This document shows, piece after piece, positions 49,798-60,900 of a stretch of DNA of 64,000 nt. The notes beneath the pieces were generated by a model, which did no database searches, was not told the origin of the DNA, and saw only the letters and a program-made list of their open reading frames with translations. The position numbers and the translations under genes are program-made. The first letter of the stretch is position 1; each line of letters begins with the position of its first letter. This DNA comes from an uncultured Bacteroidales bacterium (GTDB lineage Bacteria; Bacteroidota; Bacteroidia; Bacteroidales; VadinHA17), in NCBI GenBank assembly GCA_942492865.1, contig OW818650.1:1520057-1584056 (forward strand), given 5' to 3'.

Positions 49798-52700
49798 ACC
49801 AGTTCAAGGTTTTTTAATTTTTTTACAAGCAGAATTTCCAATGCCGGATTTAAGGAATATATTCCGGGGAATTTCTCTATAAGTAATCCTTTCCGGAGCA
49901 ACAGTTGAATTGTCTTTTCGGTGCTGTCTGAATCGTTCTGCAGCATCGATGAAAGATTTTTGACCGAGAATCGCCGGTGGAGGACAAACTGAAGGATAAA
50001 GATTATCTCCTCCTGTTTCATAGTTCCCGGCAGATTAATCCCTTCCTTTGGAGGGGGATCAATATAGAGGATGCTGTCTGAAATTTTCTTTATGCCGGCC
50101 AGCCATAGATTCATTGCATAGCCCGGGTTGCCCGAAGAAAGGTTGAATATCCTGTTGAACAGACGGGCATATTCCCTTTTGGTCATAGAATCTTCTTCCT
50201 TTTTATTCAATATGAATTTCATACCCGATGCCCTGTGTCTGATCAGGATAAGATCCCTCAGTTCCCGGGCATCGGATGGCTGGCAAAATACGAGACCGAG
50301 GGCCCAGCTGTTTACCGATGAAAGCTGATTGATTATCTTAAGTGAATGCTGGTTTACATTGACTATGAAGAGGATTTTTTTACCGAACTGCCTTACCAGG
50401 GAAATAATTTTCTCCACGACCTGTGTCCCCGAAGGCTTCCTTTCCCACCACAGTTCAAGGTCATTTATTATTATAACGCTTTCACCGGGTAATGCCTCTA
50501 ATCTTTCTGTTAAAGTGCCGGTTCCATAGATGTTTTTAAGAAGTGTCTCTTCAAAGAGCTCTGCACTCGCAGTGCATTCAAGAGGGGCTCTTAAGCTGAA
50601 GATATTTTGCTTTGAAAAATGAAGATTTGCCAGATGTTTGCTGAGGCTTGATTTTCCTGAACTTCTTTCCCCGGTTATTATAAGCATGCCAGGGTTGCCC
50701 TCTGAAAAGCTTCTTACAGCCCTGCTGCCTTCAGATATTTCTTCTTCCATGCCTACCCAGAAGTCTTCGCCAATGCTTGAACTGCCTGAGAACAGATTGG
50801 AATAGTAAAACGGCAGATCCTGCATCACTGCATTATCGGGAGATATCTTTTTGAGGAACCCGCTGAATTCATCACCCTGGAAAAGAATTTCTTTCTGCCT
50901 TAACTGATCAAGGCGATTTGCCCACAATAACCCTTCACTCCTGCCGTAAAGCAACTTTACATACTGGTTAGTAACCTTTTCTCCGGTTGATCTTAAAATC
51001 TTACGTAGCCGGTAGGATATTTTCTGTTTGTCCGTTTCACGGGTCACTTTACTGAGGCTCCTGGAAGTTTTGACAATTACAGCCGACGATAAGGGCTCAA
51101 GAGCATTTTTCAGACCCTGATCTATGCTTTTGTTTAACTCAGATATTATCCTGAGAATGTTATCTCTCTCGTTCCCGATATTGTTGATAAGGTTTTCCCT
51201 GAGTATTTTCACCTGCTCATCTATCTGCAGGGCGTTATAATAATTTCCGATATTGTCGAGGTTGAAACTTGCAAGCCTTATCAGATCGCGTATCGTACTT
51301 ACAGAATCCGACAATTTCCGGTTAACGCTCAGAGATTGTTTTTTGATCCTTTCTCCAAGCTCTGTGCTGATGAAATAATCTGCTGTTTTCCTGACCGAAA
51401 CAGCAAAGTCGTTAATATTTCTGATATTTTCAAAGCTCATGTTATCAGGAATAGGATCGCCGGTTATTTCCAGTGTCTCTGGCAGCTCTTCCACGGCTTC
51501 TTTTACTTCCTTTATTATCCTGGCAAATACATTGTCGAGTTTCGGAAGCTCTATCATATTCTGGCTGATGATCTTCTGCTTCTCCCCATTCCCATTGCCA
51601 ACTCCTTCGAGCATCCTTACCTGCTCTTCAAATTTTGAGAGTGAAAAGAGGAGTCTTTGCTCAATAGCTGATCCGATTTCCTGTTGTGCATTACCAATAA
51701 TATTTGTCAGCCTGATCCCTAATGATAAAAAGATGAAATCCATGTATGTCCTGTTAACATGGTTTGTCATGAATTTAAGCCATATTTCAGGAAATTCCGA
51801 CAGCTTTTCTTTCAGGGTTTCTGATTTTCTGTATACTTTGTTGAACCTTGCGGCCATGTAATTTGCCCGTGGCCCTTCAATCATTTTACCAAAGCTCTTA
51901 AGATCATCACCCAGTTTGGCTATCATACGGTTGCCCTGACCATAGATAAAGAGTTGATTCTCGGATCTAAGCTCTCTGGCATGTGTCAGTTGGTCGTTTC
52001 CTTCCTTAATAAGCTCATCGCCTGTCAGCTTTCCCGATACTGCTTTTTCAATCACTTCCTTGTTCTTTATAAGAATTCCTCTCACCATTGCAAAAGCTTT
52101 CAGGTTCTGCTCATTGAACTTTTCACATAAATCCATGAAAAATTCAAGCCTTTTCCGGTAGATGTAATATCTGGCTGCAGGTAATACACTTATATTAACC
52201 GCCTTTTTTTTACGGCTGATACTGAGCCATATTAGTACTGCTGTCCTGCTAATCTGCCCTGTCAGCCTACGGGGTTTGAAGTGCCTGAACTCTTCTTTAG
52301 GGAATTCACGTCTTATTAAAGTAGGCAGGGTATTGATAGCTTCTTCTGATTTATGAAGAAACCGCAGGATACCTTTTCGTAGTATTTTGTTTTCAAAGGA
52401 GATCTGATTGTTCTTAATCTGAATGAGTAATTTCAAAGCCTGATCTGCATAATCACCTGATATATTGAGGTATTCAGTCAGCTTTTCGCCGGCAACACCG
52501 TTCAGCTTAAGCCTTTCAAAGGTTCTTTCCGTAATTCGTGTCAGATTATCTGTTAAATTATTCCGGTTCTCAAGGATGCTGAAGAAAGTGTCATTCAAAA
52601 ATTCTTCTGACTGCTTCTTAATTATGAGTGCAGCCCCTGAAAGCTCATTTGAGATAATGTCAACACCAGACAGTCCCTGTGCATTAAGGTTGGCAGCATC

Positions 52701-54917
52701 AGGCCTCTGCTCAGGGTTTAAAGCATAAACGTTAATGTTTTCATCAGGAAGTCCGGCTGATACATTTATTTCCTCGAAAGCTGATGATGCATGTATTATG
52801 AGGCATGTTCCAAGGGTGTCCGTAAGCTTGTTTGTACGGGCTATCACATCTGAAACATCGTTCCTTATAAAATCGGGATGTTCTAATATTATGAGGTCTG
52901 TATCCAGCGATTCTGATCCCATTATCTCCTCCACTGAAAGTCTAGCTACGTTATTTATCACTTTCACATTTGTTCTTACGCGGTAGTTTTCAGTCGCCTG
53001 TCCGGCAAGGGAATAGAATCTTTCATCATTTACGCTTTCCGGGTTGATCGCCAGTATTCTTAATTCCGCATTTCTCCATTTGTGTGAGGCGTTGATGAAA
53101 CGCATCAGGTGTAAGGCCAGACTAAGGTTTCTTCCCGATCCGCTCCACCAGAAATCTATTCTTTTATATTTCCCGAAGCCGGTTGACTTATCGTACTTAA
53201 GGAATGCAAGGCTGTAGTCTAACTTGTTAAGAGTTAAAAGAAGCTCCATCAGCTTTCCGGGGTTATCAGTATGCCGTGCCCATCCCATCAGAATGGTATT
53301 AGGTTCAAATCCGGCAAAACCATAAACCCTGCTTATCATTCCAATTCCGTCATAAATATTCCTGAAGGCATGACGCCTTGTAATTATATTGGTATTCTGT
53401 CCGTAATCCTCAATGCTTACACTGGCAGTTTTATCAAAGAGCATATCCTCTTCAGGATTTTCCACCAGTTCGAAATTGGTCATTATCCCCAACCTTCCGG
53501 TTATTGATTCTGAAATTTCGATAAGGTGGGGCCTTTCCTTTATTCCACCGCTGAAAAGTATAACATTGGGTCTCCAGTTCCTGTTGCTGACCTGGCTCCG
53601 TAAGAGCCTGAACAAGCCTGTCCTTACCAGTGATTGCCAGAAGCTTGATCTTGTATCGCCCGATTGCAGCGTAAGTTCCTTTCTTCTGAAGTACATGAAT
53701 AAAGAACCTAATAAGATGGAGGCAATCAGGAATGCAATGACATCAAGCTGGATCATAATAATTATACAGGTCAGAGCGCCTATTATGCTAACGATCCGGG
53801 GAATCTTAAATGTAGGCATAAAGTCGCTGCTGGCCCAGCTCTCAATTGCATAGGTTATGTTCATGAAGCCGTATGTGAGCACAAAAAAGATTGTGACCAG
53901 TCGCGCTATTGTATTCAGTTCACCTATCAGGATACCTGCTTCGGCAATCACAAATGTCAGTATAAGGGCAGTCCGTGGTTCATCCATCGGACCATGACCT
54001 TTGCTTAAAAAGTAGGGAGAGATCCGGTCCTTTGCCAGTGCCTGCATGATCCTCGGGGAAGCATTAATGCTGCCGAGCGCCGATGAAAGAGTGGCGCCCA
54101 GGATACCGGCAATAACAATTTGCGGGACCAGTGATATTTTTAACAGCACATCAGGATCATTTACCAGCAGCTGACGGTCTACTGTCATTGAAAAAAAAAC
54201 GGCCAGCGCTATGTAGGTTATAAATCCAATAACAATGGCTGAAAGTGTTCCACGCGGAATGGCTTTCCTGGGATCCCTCAGATCGCCCGACATTGAGATG
54301 CCTGTCTCGAAGCCTGTAGCTGCAGGGAAAAAAATTGCAAACAGGGTAATCCACGGCAGTGATTCGGGTAATACATCAAACTGCTGTGAAGCCGGGCTGA
54401 AATCATGCTTTCCAAGAAAAACTGAAAGGAGCGACAACACCATAGCCACCATGATTATATACTGAGCTTTGATATTCAGGGATGTGCTTATAAAAGTAAC
54501 AACAGTTATAAACAGAAGCGTTATTGACCCTGCAACACGAATGGAGAAAAGATTTACCTCCATATTAAGTGTTTTAAGCAGAACCTCTGTAAAACCTATA
54601 ATGTATAAGCTGATGCTTAATGACAATCCTAGAAAAAGAGCAAGCCCAAGCGTCCCGCCGATAGGTAGTCCCAGACTGCGTGAAATAACATAGTATGCAC
54701 CTCCCGTTCCGATCTTTTTATCGGTTGCAATGGATGAAACACTTAACCCGGTTGTTATTGATATTATATGAGCAACGATTATTATACTTATTGTGGTAAA
54801 AAGCCCGGCCTGGCCGGTTATCCAGGGCAGCCTGAGGTACATGATCACTCCGAGTATTGTCAGTATTGCAGGTGTGAAAACACCGCTGAAAACCCCGTAT
54901 TTTGAGGATTTGGCCAT
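49794..54917 (-). CDS. SLC12/cation-chloride-cotransporter-like APC permease fused to a long helical region and a C-terminal P-loop NTPase
   Basis: KYGVFSGVFTPAILTILGVIMYLRL, GGAYYVISRSLG, FFPAATG..G.SMSGDL.DP, RNWRPN (SLC12 C-domain), Walker A GERSSGKS (50649-50672), Walker B IIINDLE. Likely start is ATG 54917; the track gives 54968. Confidence 0.85.
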   Translation of the reverse strand: MAKSSKYGVFSGVFTPAILTILGVIMYLRLPWITGQAGLFTTISIIIVAHIISITTGLSVSSIATDKKIGTGGAYYVISRSLGLPIGGTLGLALFLGLSLSISLYIIGFTEVLLKTLNMEVNLFSIRVAGSITLLFITVVTFISTSLNIKAQYIIMVAMVLSLLSVFLGKHDFSPASQQFDVLPESLPWITLFAIFFPAATGFETGISMSGDLRDPRKAIPRGTLSAIVIGFITYIALAVFFSMTVDRQLLVNDPDVLLKISLVPQIVIAGILGATLSSALGSINASPRIMQALAKDRISPYFLSKGHGPMDEPRTALILTFVIAEAGILIGELNTIARLVTIFFVLTYGFMNITYAIESWASSDFMPTFKIPRIVSIIGALTCIIIMIQLDVIAFLIASILLGSLFMYFRRKELTLQSGDTRSSFWQSLVRTGLFRLLRSQVSNRNWRPNVILFSGGIKERPHLIEISESITGRLGIMTNFELVENPEEDMLFDKTASVSIEDYGQNTNIITRRHAFRNIYDGIGMISRVYGFAGFEPNTILMGWARHTDNPGKLMELLLTLNKLDYSLAFLKYDKSTGFGKYKRIDFWWSGSGRNLSLALHLMRFINASHKWRNAELRILAINPESVNDERFYSLAGQATENYRVRTNVKVINNVARLSVEEIMGSESLDTDLIILEHPDFIRNDVSDVIARTNKLTDTLGTCLIIHASSAFEEINVSAGLPDENINVYALNPEQRPDAANLNAQGLSGVDIISNELSGAALIIKKQSEEFLNDTFFSILENRNNLTDNLTRITERTFERLKLNGVAGEKLTEYLNISGDYADQALKLLIQIKNNQISFENKILRKGILRFLHKSEEAINTLPTLIRREFPKEEFRHFKPRRLTGQISRTAVLIWLSISRKKKAVNISVLPAARYYIYRKRLEFFMDLCEKFNEQNLKAFAMVRGILIKNKEVIEKAVSGKLTGDELIKEGNDQLTHARELRSENQLFIYGQGNRMIAKLGDDLKSFGKMIEGPRANYMAARFNKVYRKSETLKEKLSEFPEIWLKFMTNHVNRTYMDFIFLSLGIRLTNIIGNAQQEIGSAIEQRLLFSLSKFEEQVRMLEGVGNGNGEKQKIISQNMIELPKLDNVFARIIKEVKEAVEELPETLEITGDPIPDNMSFENIRNINDFAVSVRKTADYFISTELGERIKKQSLSVNRKLSDSVSTIRDLIRLASFNLDNIGNYYNALQIDEQVKILRENLINNIGNERDNILRIISELNKSIDQGLKNALEPLSSAVIVKTSRSLSKVTRETDKQKISYRLRKILRSTGEKVTNQYVKLLYGRSEGLLWANRLDQLRQKEILFQGDEFSGFLKKISPDNAVMQDLPFYYSNLFSGSSSIGEDFWVGMEEEISEGSRAVRSFSEGNPGMLIITGERSSGKSSLSKHLANLHFSKQNIFSLRAPLECTASAELFEETLLKNIYGTGTLTERLEALPGESVIIINDLELWWERKPSGTQVVEKIISLVRQFGKKILFIVNVNQHSLKIINQLSSVNSWALGLVFCQPSDARELRDLILIRHRASGMKFILNKKEEDSMTKREYARLFNRIFNLSSGNPGYAMNLWLAGIKKISDSILYIDPPPKEGINLPGTMKQEEIIFILQFVLHRRFSVKNLSSMLQNDSDSTEKTIQLLLRKGLLIEKFPGIYSLNPALEILLVKKLKNLELV

Positions 54918-55050
54918 AAAATATTTATTGTAAACTACTAATTTACCGAAAAAGTGGAAACTCTCCAAGCAAAAGCGCTTAAAGTGGATCGGAATCAGAG
55001 TTAGCTGAATATGCTGAAACTGTTACAGGATGGTCTTACTGACAGATATT

Positions 55051-55770
55051 TTAATTCTCTGATGGTGATCCGTTTTTAATTCTGCTTACTGACCCTTCTG
55101 GTATTTTTCTCCTGTTCCAAATAACGACCTGATAATTTCGCCAGAAATATGCTATGGGATAAGCAAAAACATGGATCATTCTTGTATATGGAAGTATTGC
55201 AAAAAAAATGAATGTTGAGATCAAATGGATTTTTACCATTACAGGCATGGCCATAACGGCTATGGCATCGGGTCGGAAGGTAATCACTGACCAGAGGTAA
55301 GGGGCCAGCACCATTGCAAACCACGATGATCCCCATCTTGCGAAAAAAGCCGTGTATAATCCGGTTAAAATTGTCCCTGTCAACACAATAAAAAGAATTA
55401 TATCCATAGGGCTTGTCACTGAACGGATCCTTTTGATCTTCGATCTTCTTATAATAAGTACGATAAGACCGATAAGACATGTAATGCCAAGTGCAAATGC
55501 TGATATTTCAAGGATATATAATCTCACGGGCCTGCCATTCCAGGCAAGTACGGTCCCGGGGAAGAGAAAACCGGCAAGATGACCAAAAAGCAATGTAACA
55601 ATACCCCAGTGAAATGGCCTGCTACCGAAAAACAATAATTTACTCTCAAGAAGCTGACTTGAAAGTGATGACACGCTGAATCTCTGGAACCAGTACCTGG
55701 CAATGCTTCCGGCAATTAGGGAAAATAATGCGAGGTATGGCAGAAGTATGAAAAATACTAATTCACTCAT
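55051..55770 (-). CDS. narI: Respiratory nitrate reductase gamma subunit
   Basis: SSLSSQLLE, FHWGI..GH, KIHL, PYTRMIH, RNYQVV. Confidence 0.95.
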   Translation of the reverse strand: MSELVFFILLPYLALFSLIAGSIARYWFQRFSVSSLSSQLLESKLLFFGSRPFHWGIVTLLFGHLAGFLFPGTVLAWNGRPVRLYILEISAFALGITCLIGLIVLIIRRSKIKRIRSVTSPMDIILFIVLTGTILTGLYTAFFARWGSSWFAMVLAPYLWSVITFRPDAIAVMAMPVMVKIHLISTFIFFAILPYTRMIHVFAYPIAYFWRNYQVVIWNRRKIPEGSVSRIKNGSPSEN

Positions 55771-56404
55771 TGGGACGGGTTATTTTATTTATCAGAAGGT
55801 TTTCATGTGATATTTTATTGCGGGGAGGCATCCTTTCATTCTTGCAGGCTTTGGCTGCCGGACTGATCTTAAATCTTTCGTAGTCAGATGCGGGATAATC
55901 TGTCTCCATTATTCTCAGCACTATTTGTAATAAACCTTTATAAATATTATCTGCATTGCTGAATTTTGAGATCATCTCATTCAGTGCAGGTACTAGCATT
56001 GAATAAACAAGCTCTTCTGCCAGCGAGGCATCCTTTATTTTTGGAATAAGCGTAAGTATATTTGTAAGATGATCGGGCAATTCGGTTCCGCAGTCATTAT
56101 GTGCCTTGTCCTGTTCCATCTTAATGTTTACAAGAAAAAGTGCCCGCCTGAAATCCTCACCGAACAAAATATAGCCCACATCAAGATTACAAAGGGCCTG
56201 GACGTCGAAAGTGCCAACATAATATTCCTGCCTGACATTTAATGGCTTTTCATTAATCTGCTTAATGAAAGGCTCAAGGTTTTTTCCCAGGTCACTGGAA
56301 TATGAATTTACAATGTTGTACCACCCGGATGAAAGATCATTCTGTTCATCTGACGGATACCTGAACATTTCAGCGAGGTTTGCGTAGTGGCTTAGATCGT
56401 TCAT
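55763..56404 (-). CDS. narJ: Nitrate reductase assembly chaperone
   Basis: LAEMFRYP, QEYYVGTFD, ELPDHL; position between narH and narI. Confidence 0.85.
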   Translation of the reverse strand: MNDLSHYANLAEMFRYPSDEQNDLSSGWYNIVNSYSSDLGKNLEPFIKQINEKPLNVRQEYYVGTFDVQALCNLDVGYILFGEDFRRALFLVNIKMEQDKAHNDCGTELPDHLTNILTLIPKIKDASLAEELVYSMLVPALNEMISKFSNADNIYKGLLQIVLRIMETDYPASDYERFKISPAAKACKNERMPPRNKISHENLLINKITRPNE

Positions 56405-57894
56405 TATAATCCTCTTTCGGGTTTCTGATTAAATCCAAAGCCAGTATTTTCTTTCCTTACATTCGTTTTTTCAATCAATTCGATAGCTTCTTCGCGGTGT
56501 GCGGGCGGGATAACAAACCTGTCGGAAAATCGTGCATGCACGGTCATGCTGAATATTTCATCAGCAGTATGTGATGAAATACCTGATTTGAAAAGTGCCT
56601 CGCCTGCTTCTGTGCGGCTTATATCTCCAACGGTTACGGCTCTGCGGTGTAATCTGACAGCCATCATTTTTTTCAGGCTGTTTTGTATCACAGAAACATC
56701 TCCTGCACTGAAAAGATTAGCAAGGTATTTTAAGGGAAGTCTCTGTTTCTCTATTAATTCCCAGAGATTTTTGCCGGATGTATTGTAAATATCTTTCTCC
56801 ACAACAGCCATTGCAGGCAGCAACGGCATAACATAAAAAAGATTGGGTATTGTCCGGAATTCGGGGTGTAAAGGCAGAGCCAGCCCCCATTCCTTTACGA
56901 ACCTGTAAACGGGCGATCTTCTCGCTGCCTCCATTGTGGAAGCAGGAATGCCTGCTTTTTCAGCATTTTTTATTACCTCAGGATCGTTCGGGTCGAGGTA
57001 AATGCCGAGTTGGTTTCTTACAAGATCACTGTCTTCAGAGGCAGCAACCTGGTGGATTTTGTCTGCATCATAAAGAAGCACTCCCAGGTACCTTATTTTG
57101 CCAACGCATGTATGCATGCACATTGGCGCCTGTCCAGTTTCAACACGCGGATAGCAAAGAATACATTTCTCCGATTTTCCCGTGAGCCAGTTATAATAAA
57201 CCTTTTTATAGGGACATCCGGTGATGCATAAACGCCATCCCTTGCATTTGTTTTGATTTACAAGGACGATCCCGTCTTCCCCGCGTTTGTAAAGTGCACC
57301 TGAAGGACAAGCGGCAACACACGCCGGGTTGGCACAGTGATTACATATCCTTGGGATATAGAAAAATACCATACGTTCAAGCCTGAAGAGGGCCTCCTGT
57401 TCCTCCTTGCTTATGTTCTTAAAATTCGGATCATTTTTTGCATATAGGGGAGACCCTCCAAGGTCATCATCCCAGTTTGGTCCGGATTTTACATTGATCG
57501 TTTCACCAGTAATGAGTGAGACAGGTTCTGCGGTAGGCTGGTTGTCGCCTTCAGGAGCGTCGAAAAGATTGCTGTAACGGTAGGTCCATGGTTCATAATA
57601 GTTATCAATAGTGGGCATGTTGGTATTATGGAACAATACTTTCATCCCCCTGGTTTTTCCTGCCCCTTTCAGGCGGATTGCCTCCCTGTCCAATTCCCAT
57701 CCACCCCTGTAAATGTCCTGGTCTTCCCATTTATAGGGATAACCGGTTCCGGGTTTGGTTTCCACATTGTTCCACCACATGTAATCTGTTCCCCGCCTGT
57801 CGGTCCAGACATTTTTACAGGCTATGGAGCAGGTATGGCAACCAATGCATTTGTCGAGGTGGAAGACCATGGATATTTGAGATCTTACATTCAT
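56404..57894 (-). CDS. narH: Respiratory nitrate reductase beta subunit
   Basis: CIGCHTCSIACK, WNNVETKPG, CNHCANPACVAACP, CITGCPYKK, CILCYP, CMHTC. Confidence 0.97.
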   Translation of the reverse strand: MNVRSQISMVFHLDKCIGCHTCSIACKNVWTDRRGTDYMWWNNVETKPGTGYPYKWEDQDIYRGGWELDREAIRLKGAGKTRGMKVLFHNTNMPTIDNYYEPWTYRYSNLFDAPEGDNQPTAEPVSLITGETINVKSGPNWDDDLGGSPLYAKNDPNFKNISKEEQEALFRLERMVFFYIPRICNHCANPACVAACPSGALYKRGEDGIVLVNQNKCKGWRLCITGCPYKKVYYNWLTGKSEKCILCYPRVETGQAPMCMHTCVGKIRYLGVLLYDADKIHQVAASEDSDLVRNQLGIYLDPNDPEVIKNAEKAGIPASTMEAARRSPVYRFVKEWGLALPLHPEFRTIPNLFYVMPLLPAMAVVEKDIYNTSGKNLWELIEKQRLPLKYLANLFSAGDVSVIQNSLKKMMAVRLHRRAVTVGDISRTEAGEALFKSGISSHTADEIFSMTVHARFSDRFVIPPAHREEAIELIEKTNVRKENTGFGFNQKPERGL

Positions 57895-57913
57895 GGAATC
57901 GGTTTTATAGAGT

Positions 57914-60900
57914 TTAAAATTCTACTTTATCCAATTTCTGGACTAATACGTATGTGTCTCTTGTCACCCCTACAGGCCCCCAGTAATTGATGTGATAAGT
58001 AAACTGGCCATAGCCTCCGGCGAGCAGGTTTGGCTTAAAGTGCAATCTTGTCAGACTGTTGTGTCCTCCTCCCCTGACGTTTCCCCTGCTGGGCGATTTC
58101 GGCGCTGTATATGTTCTTTCCGGAGAATGATAGACTATGCAGATGCCGGGAGGGATCCGGTTGCTTATGCAAGCCCGGGTACAATAAACGCCATTATCAT
58201 TCAGGACTTCAACCCAGTCATTGTCGGCGATGCCCATCTCCTCCGCATCTTTTTCATTAAGCCAGCATGGCTCTATTCCTCTTGAAAGAGTCAGCATCCT
58301 GATTGTATCACCAAAGGTTGAATGGATATGCCATTTACCGTGTGGTGTGAGGATGTTCAGCATTTTAGCCTTTCCTGAAGCCACAGTTTTATTAAGCTCC
58401 CCGAAAAGTTCAGGCCTTGGGGAGGGTTTATATGTCGGAAGGTTTTCTCCAAACCATATATAAGCTTCATTATCGAGATAGGAGTGCTGCCGGCCTGTAA
58501 GAGTGCGCCAGGGTGTGAGGTATTCAGTATTGATTGAAAAGGCTGAATATGCCCTTCCTTTGGTCATCAGACCCGACCACAGTGGTGAATTAAGTAAACG
58601 GCGGGGTTGTGACTGCAGGTCACCGTAGGTCGGGTTCAAATCATTGTTCACAGGTATTTCACGGCTGAAATCAATTCCAGTTTTCTTAGAGGATTCGGCA
58701 AATGCTCTTTCCGATAACCTTCCGTTTGTGACAGAGGAAAGCAGCAGCACTGCATTAATAGCTTCGGTATCATATTTTAAAGATGGAAATACCTCATCTC
58801 CAATATTGTTAACATGTTCATGGTCCTGAAGAAGCTGATCATAATAATCCTCTATCGAAAATGTAAGTCCATGTGCGCCAATTCTGCCACGCGCATTTCG
58901 TCCAAGGTTTATGAACTTTTCATAAAGTTTTGGATATTCTCTGGTAACAGGTACAATATGATGCATCGATTTCCCGGGAACAGCCTCACATTCACCTTTT
59001 GACCAGTCGAGTATCTTTGGCTGAGATATCTCGGCGCTTGTATCATGGTCAAGAGGCACGTTAACAAGATCCAGAACCGGTTCAGGAAAATGTTTTGCTG
59101 CCGACTCACTTGTAACCCTCGCTATCTCGCGGAATATTTCCCAGTCGCTCTTTGATTCCCAAACAGGAGGCACGGCTGCCCCGAGGGGATGTATAAAGGA
59201 ATGAAGATCGGTGGTATTGAGGTCAGCCTTTTCGTACCACGATGCTGAGGGAAGGATGATATCTGAATAAAGTGCCGATGTATCCATTCTTATGTTCAGG
59301 TCAACAACAAGGTCCATCTTCCCCTGCGGGGCATTTTCCTTCCATTCTAGTTCCTTAACAAATTTATCAGCCACTTCCTCTGCAATATCGTTATGATGAG
59401 TTCCGAGGTAATGCTTGAGAAAAAATTCATGTCCTTTGGCGCTCGACAAAATCGCATTTCCTCTCCATATATACCAGACCCTGGGAAAATTAGCCTCGTC
59501 ATCAGGGTTGGTAACCGAATATTTCAGACTTCCATCTTTTAACCTGCCTAAAACATAATCAATTATTGTCTTATCATCTTCTGCTCCGGCCTGTCGTGCT
59601 TCATTTACAATATCAAAAGTGCTTTTGTTGTATTGGGGAAAGAAAGGCATCCATCCGTTTTTTACTGCTTTAACTATGAGGTCAGCCGTATGCTGAGCCG
59701 AAAAATCATTTTTTGGGACTGAATTATAATCTGCCTGGTTACCGTCATATCTCCACTGGTCAGAATGGATGTAGTGCCAGATGGGGGCCTGCTGAAACCT
59801 GACTGGTTTCTGCCAGTCTTTCCCGGACATTATCACTGACCACGAGTCAAGAGGTGCAAGTTTCTCCTGCCCTACATAATGATTCATGCCTCCGCCGTTG
59901 ACCCCGATGCAGCCGGTGAACATCAGCGACAGTGAGGCTGCCCGGTAGATAAGGTTGGAGTGATACCATTGATTTACTCCTGTCCCGATAATTATCATGC
60001 ATTTTCCTTTGGTAAGCTCAGCTGTATGCCACCATTCCTGAGCAAACTGAATGACAGTAGAGCTGCTTATCCCTGTGTAAATTTCCTGCCATGCCGGCGT
60101 ATATGGGGCATTGGCATCATCATAGGTAAGGGGATAATCACCGGCAAGATTCCTGTTGATCCCAAATTGTCCCATAAGTAGATCATAGACAGTTGTATAT
60201 GCGACTTTGCCGGTTTTGGTTGCCAGATATCTGACAGGTACACCGCGAAGGATTTTTTTATTGCCTGAAAATTCCGTGAACCCGACCTGCAGTATATCAT
60301 CCGAATTGTTAATCAATGAGAGTACGGGATCATATTCTTCCCCGGTTTCCTCATCGATATATTTCAGATTCCATCCTCCTGTTTTATTCTGCCACCTCTG
60401 ACCCGAGCTTCCCGGGGGGCATACCAGTTCACCGGTTATTGCATCAAGATTGAGGAATTTCCAGTCCCCATTTTCGATCCCATTATACTTTGATATACTG
60501 CCGGCTCTTAGCAACCGGCCGGGCAGATAACTTTCCCCGTCGCTTTTTACCTCTACAAGGAAAGGGGCATCGGTATACCGTTTAACATAATCAATGAAAT
60601 AAGGTACCTTTTTTTCAAAATGCGCTTCTTTAAGGATAACATGCATCACAGCCATCCAGAATGCGCCATCCTGTCCGGCATGAACAGGGATCCACTGGTC
60701 CGAATACTTTGCAACCATACTGAAATCGGGAGAGAAGACTACAGTTTTGGTTCCGTTGTGACGGGCATCAGAGAAGAAATGAACATCGGGTGTTCTAGTC
60801 ATTGAAAGGTTGGCGCCCATGCAGGCGATGAACTTGGCATTGAACCAGTCGGCGCTTTCTGCAACGTCAGTTTGTTCCCCCCACATCTCGGGGAATGAGT

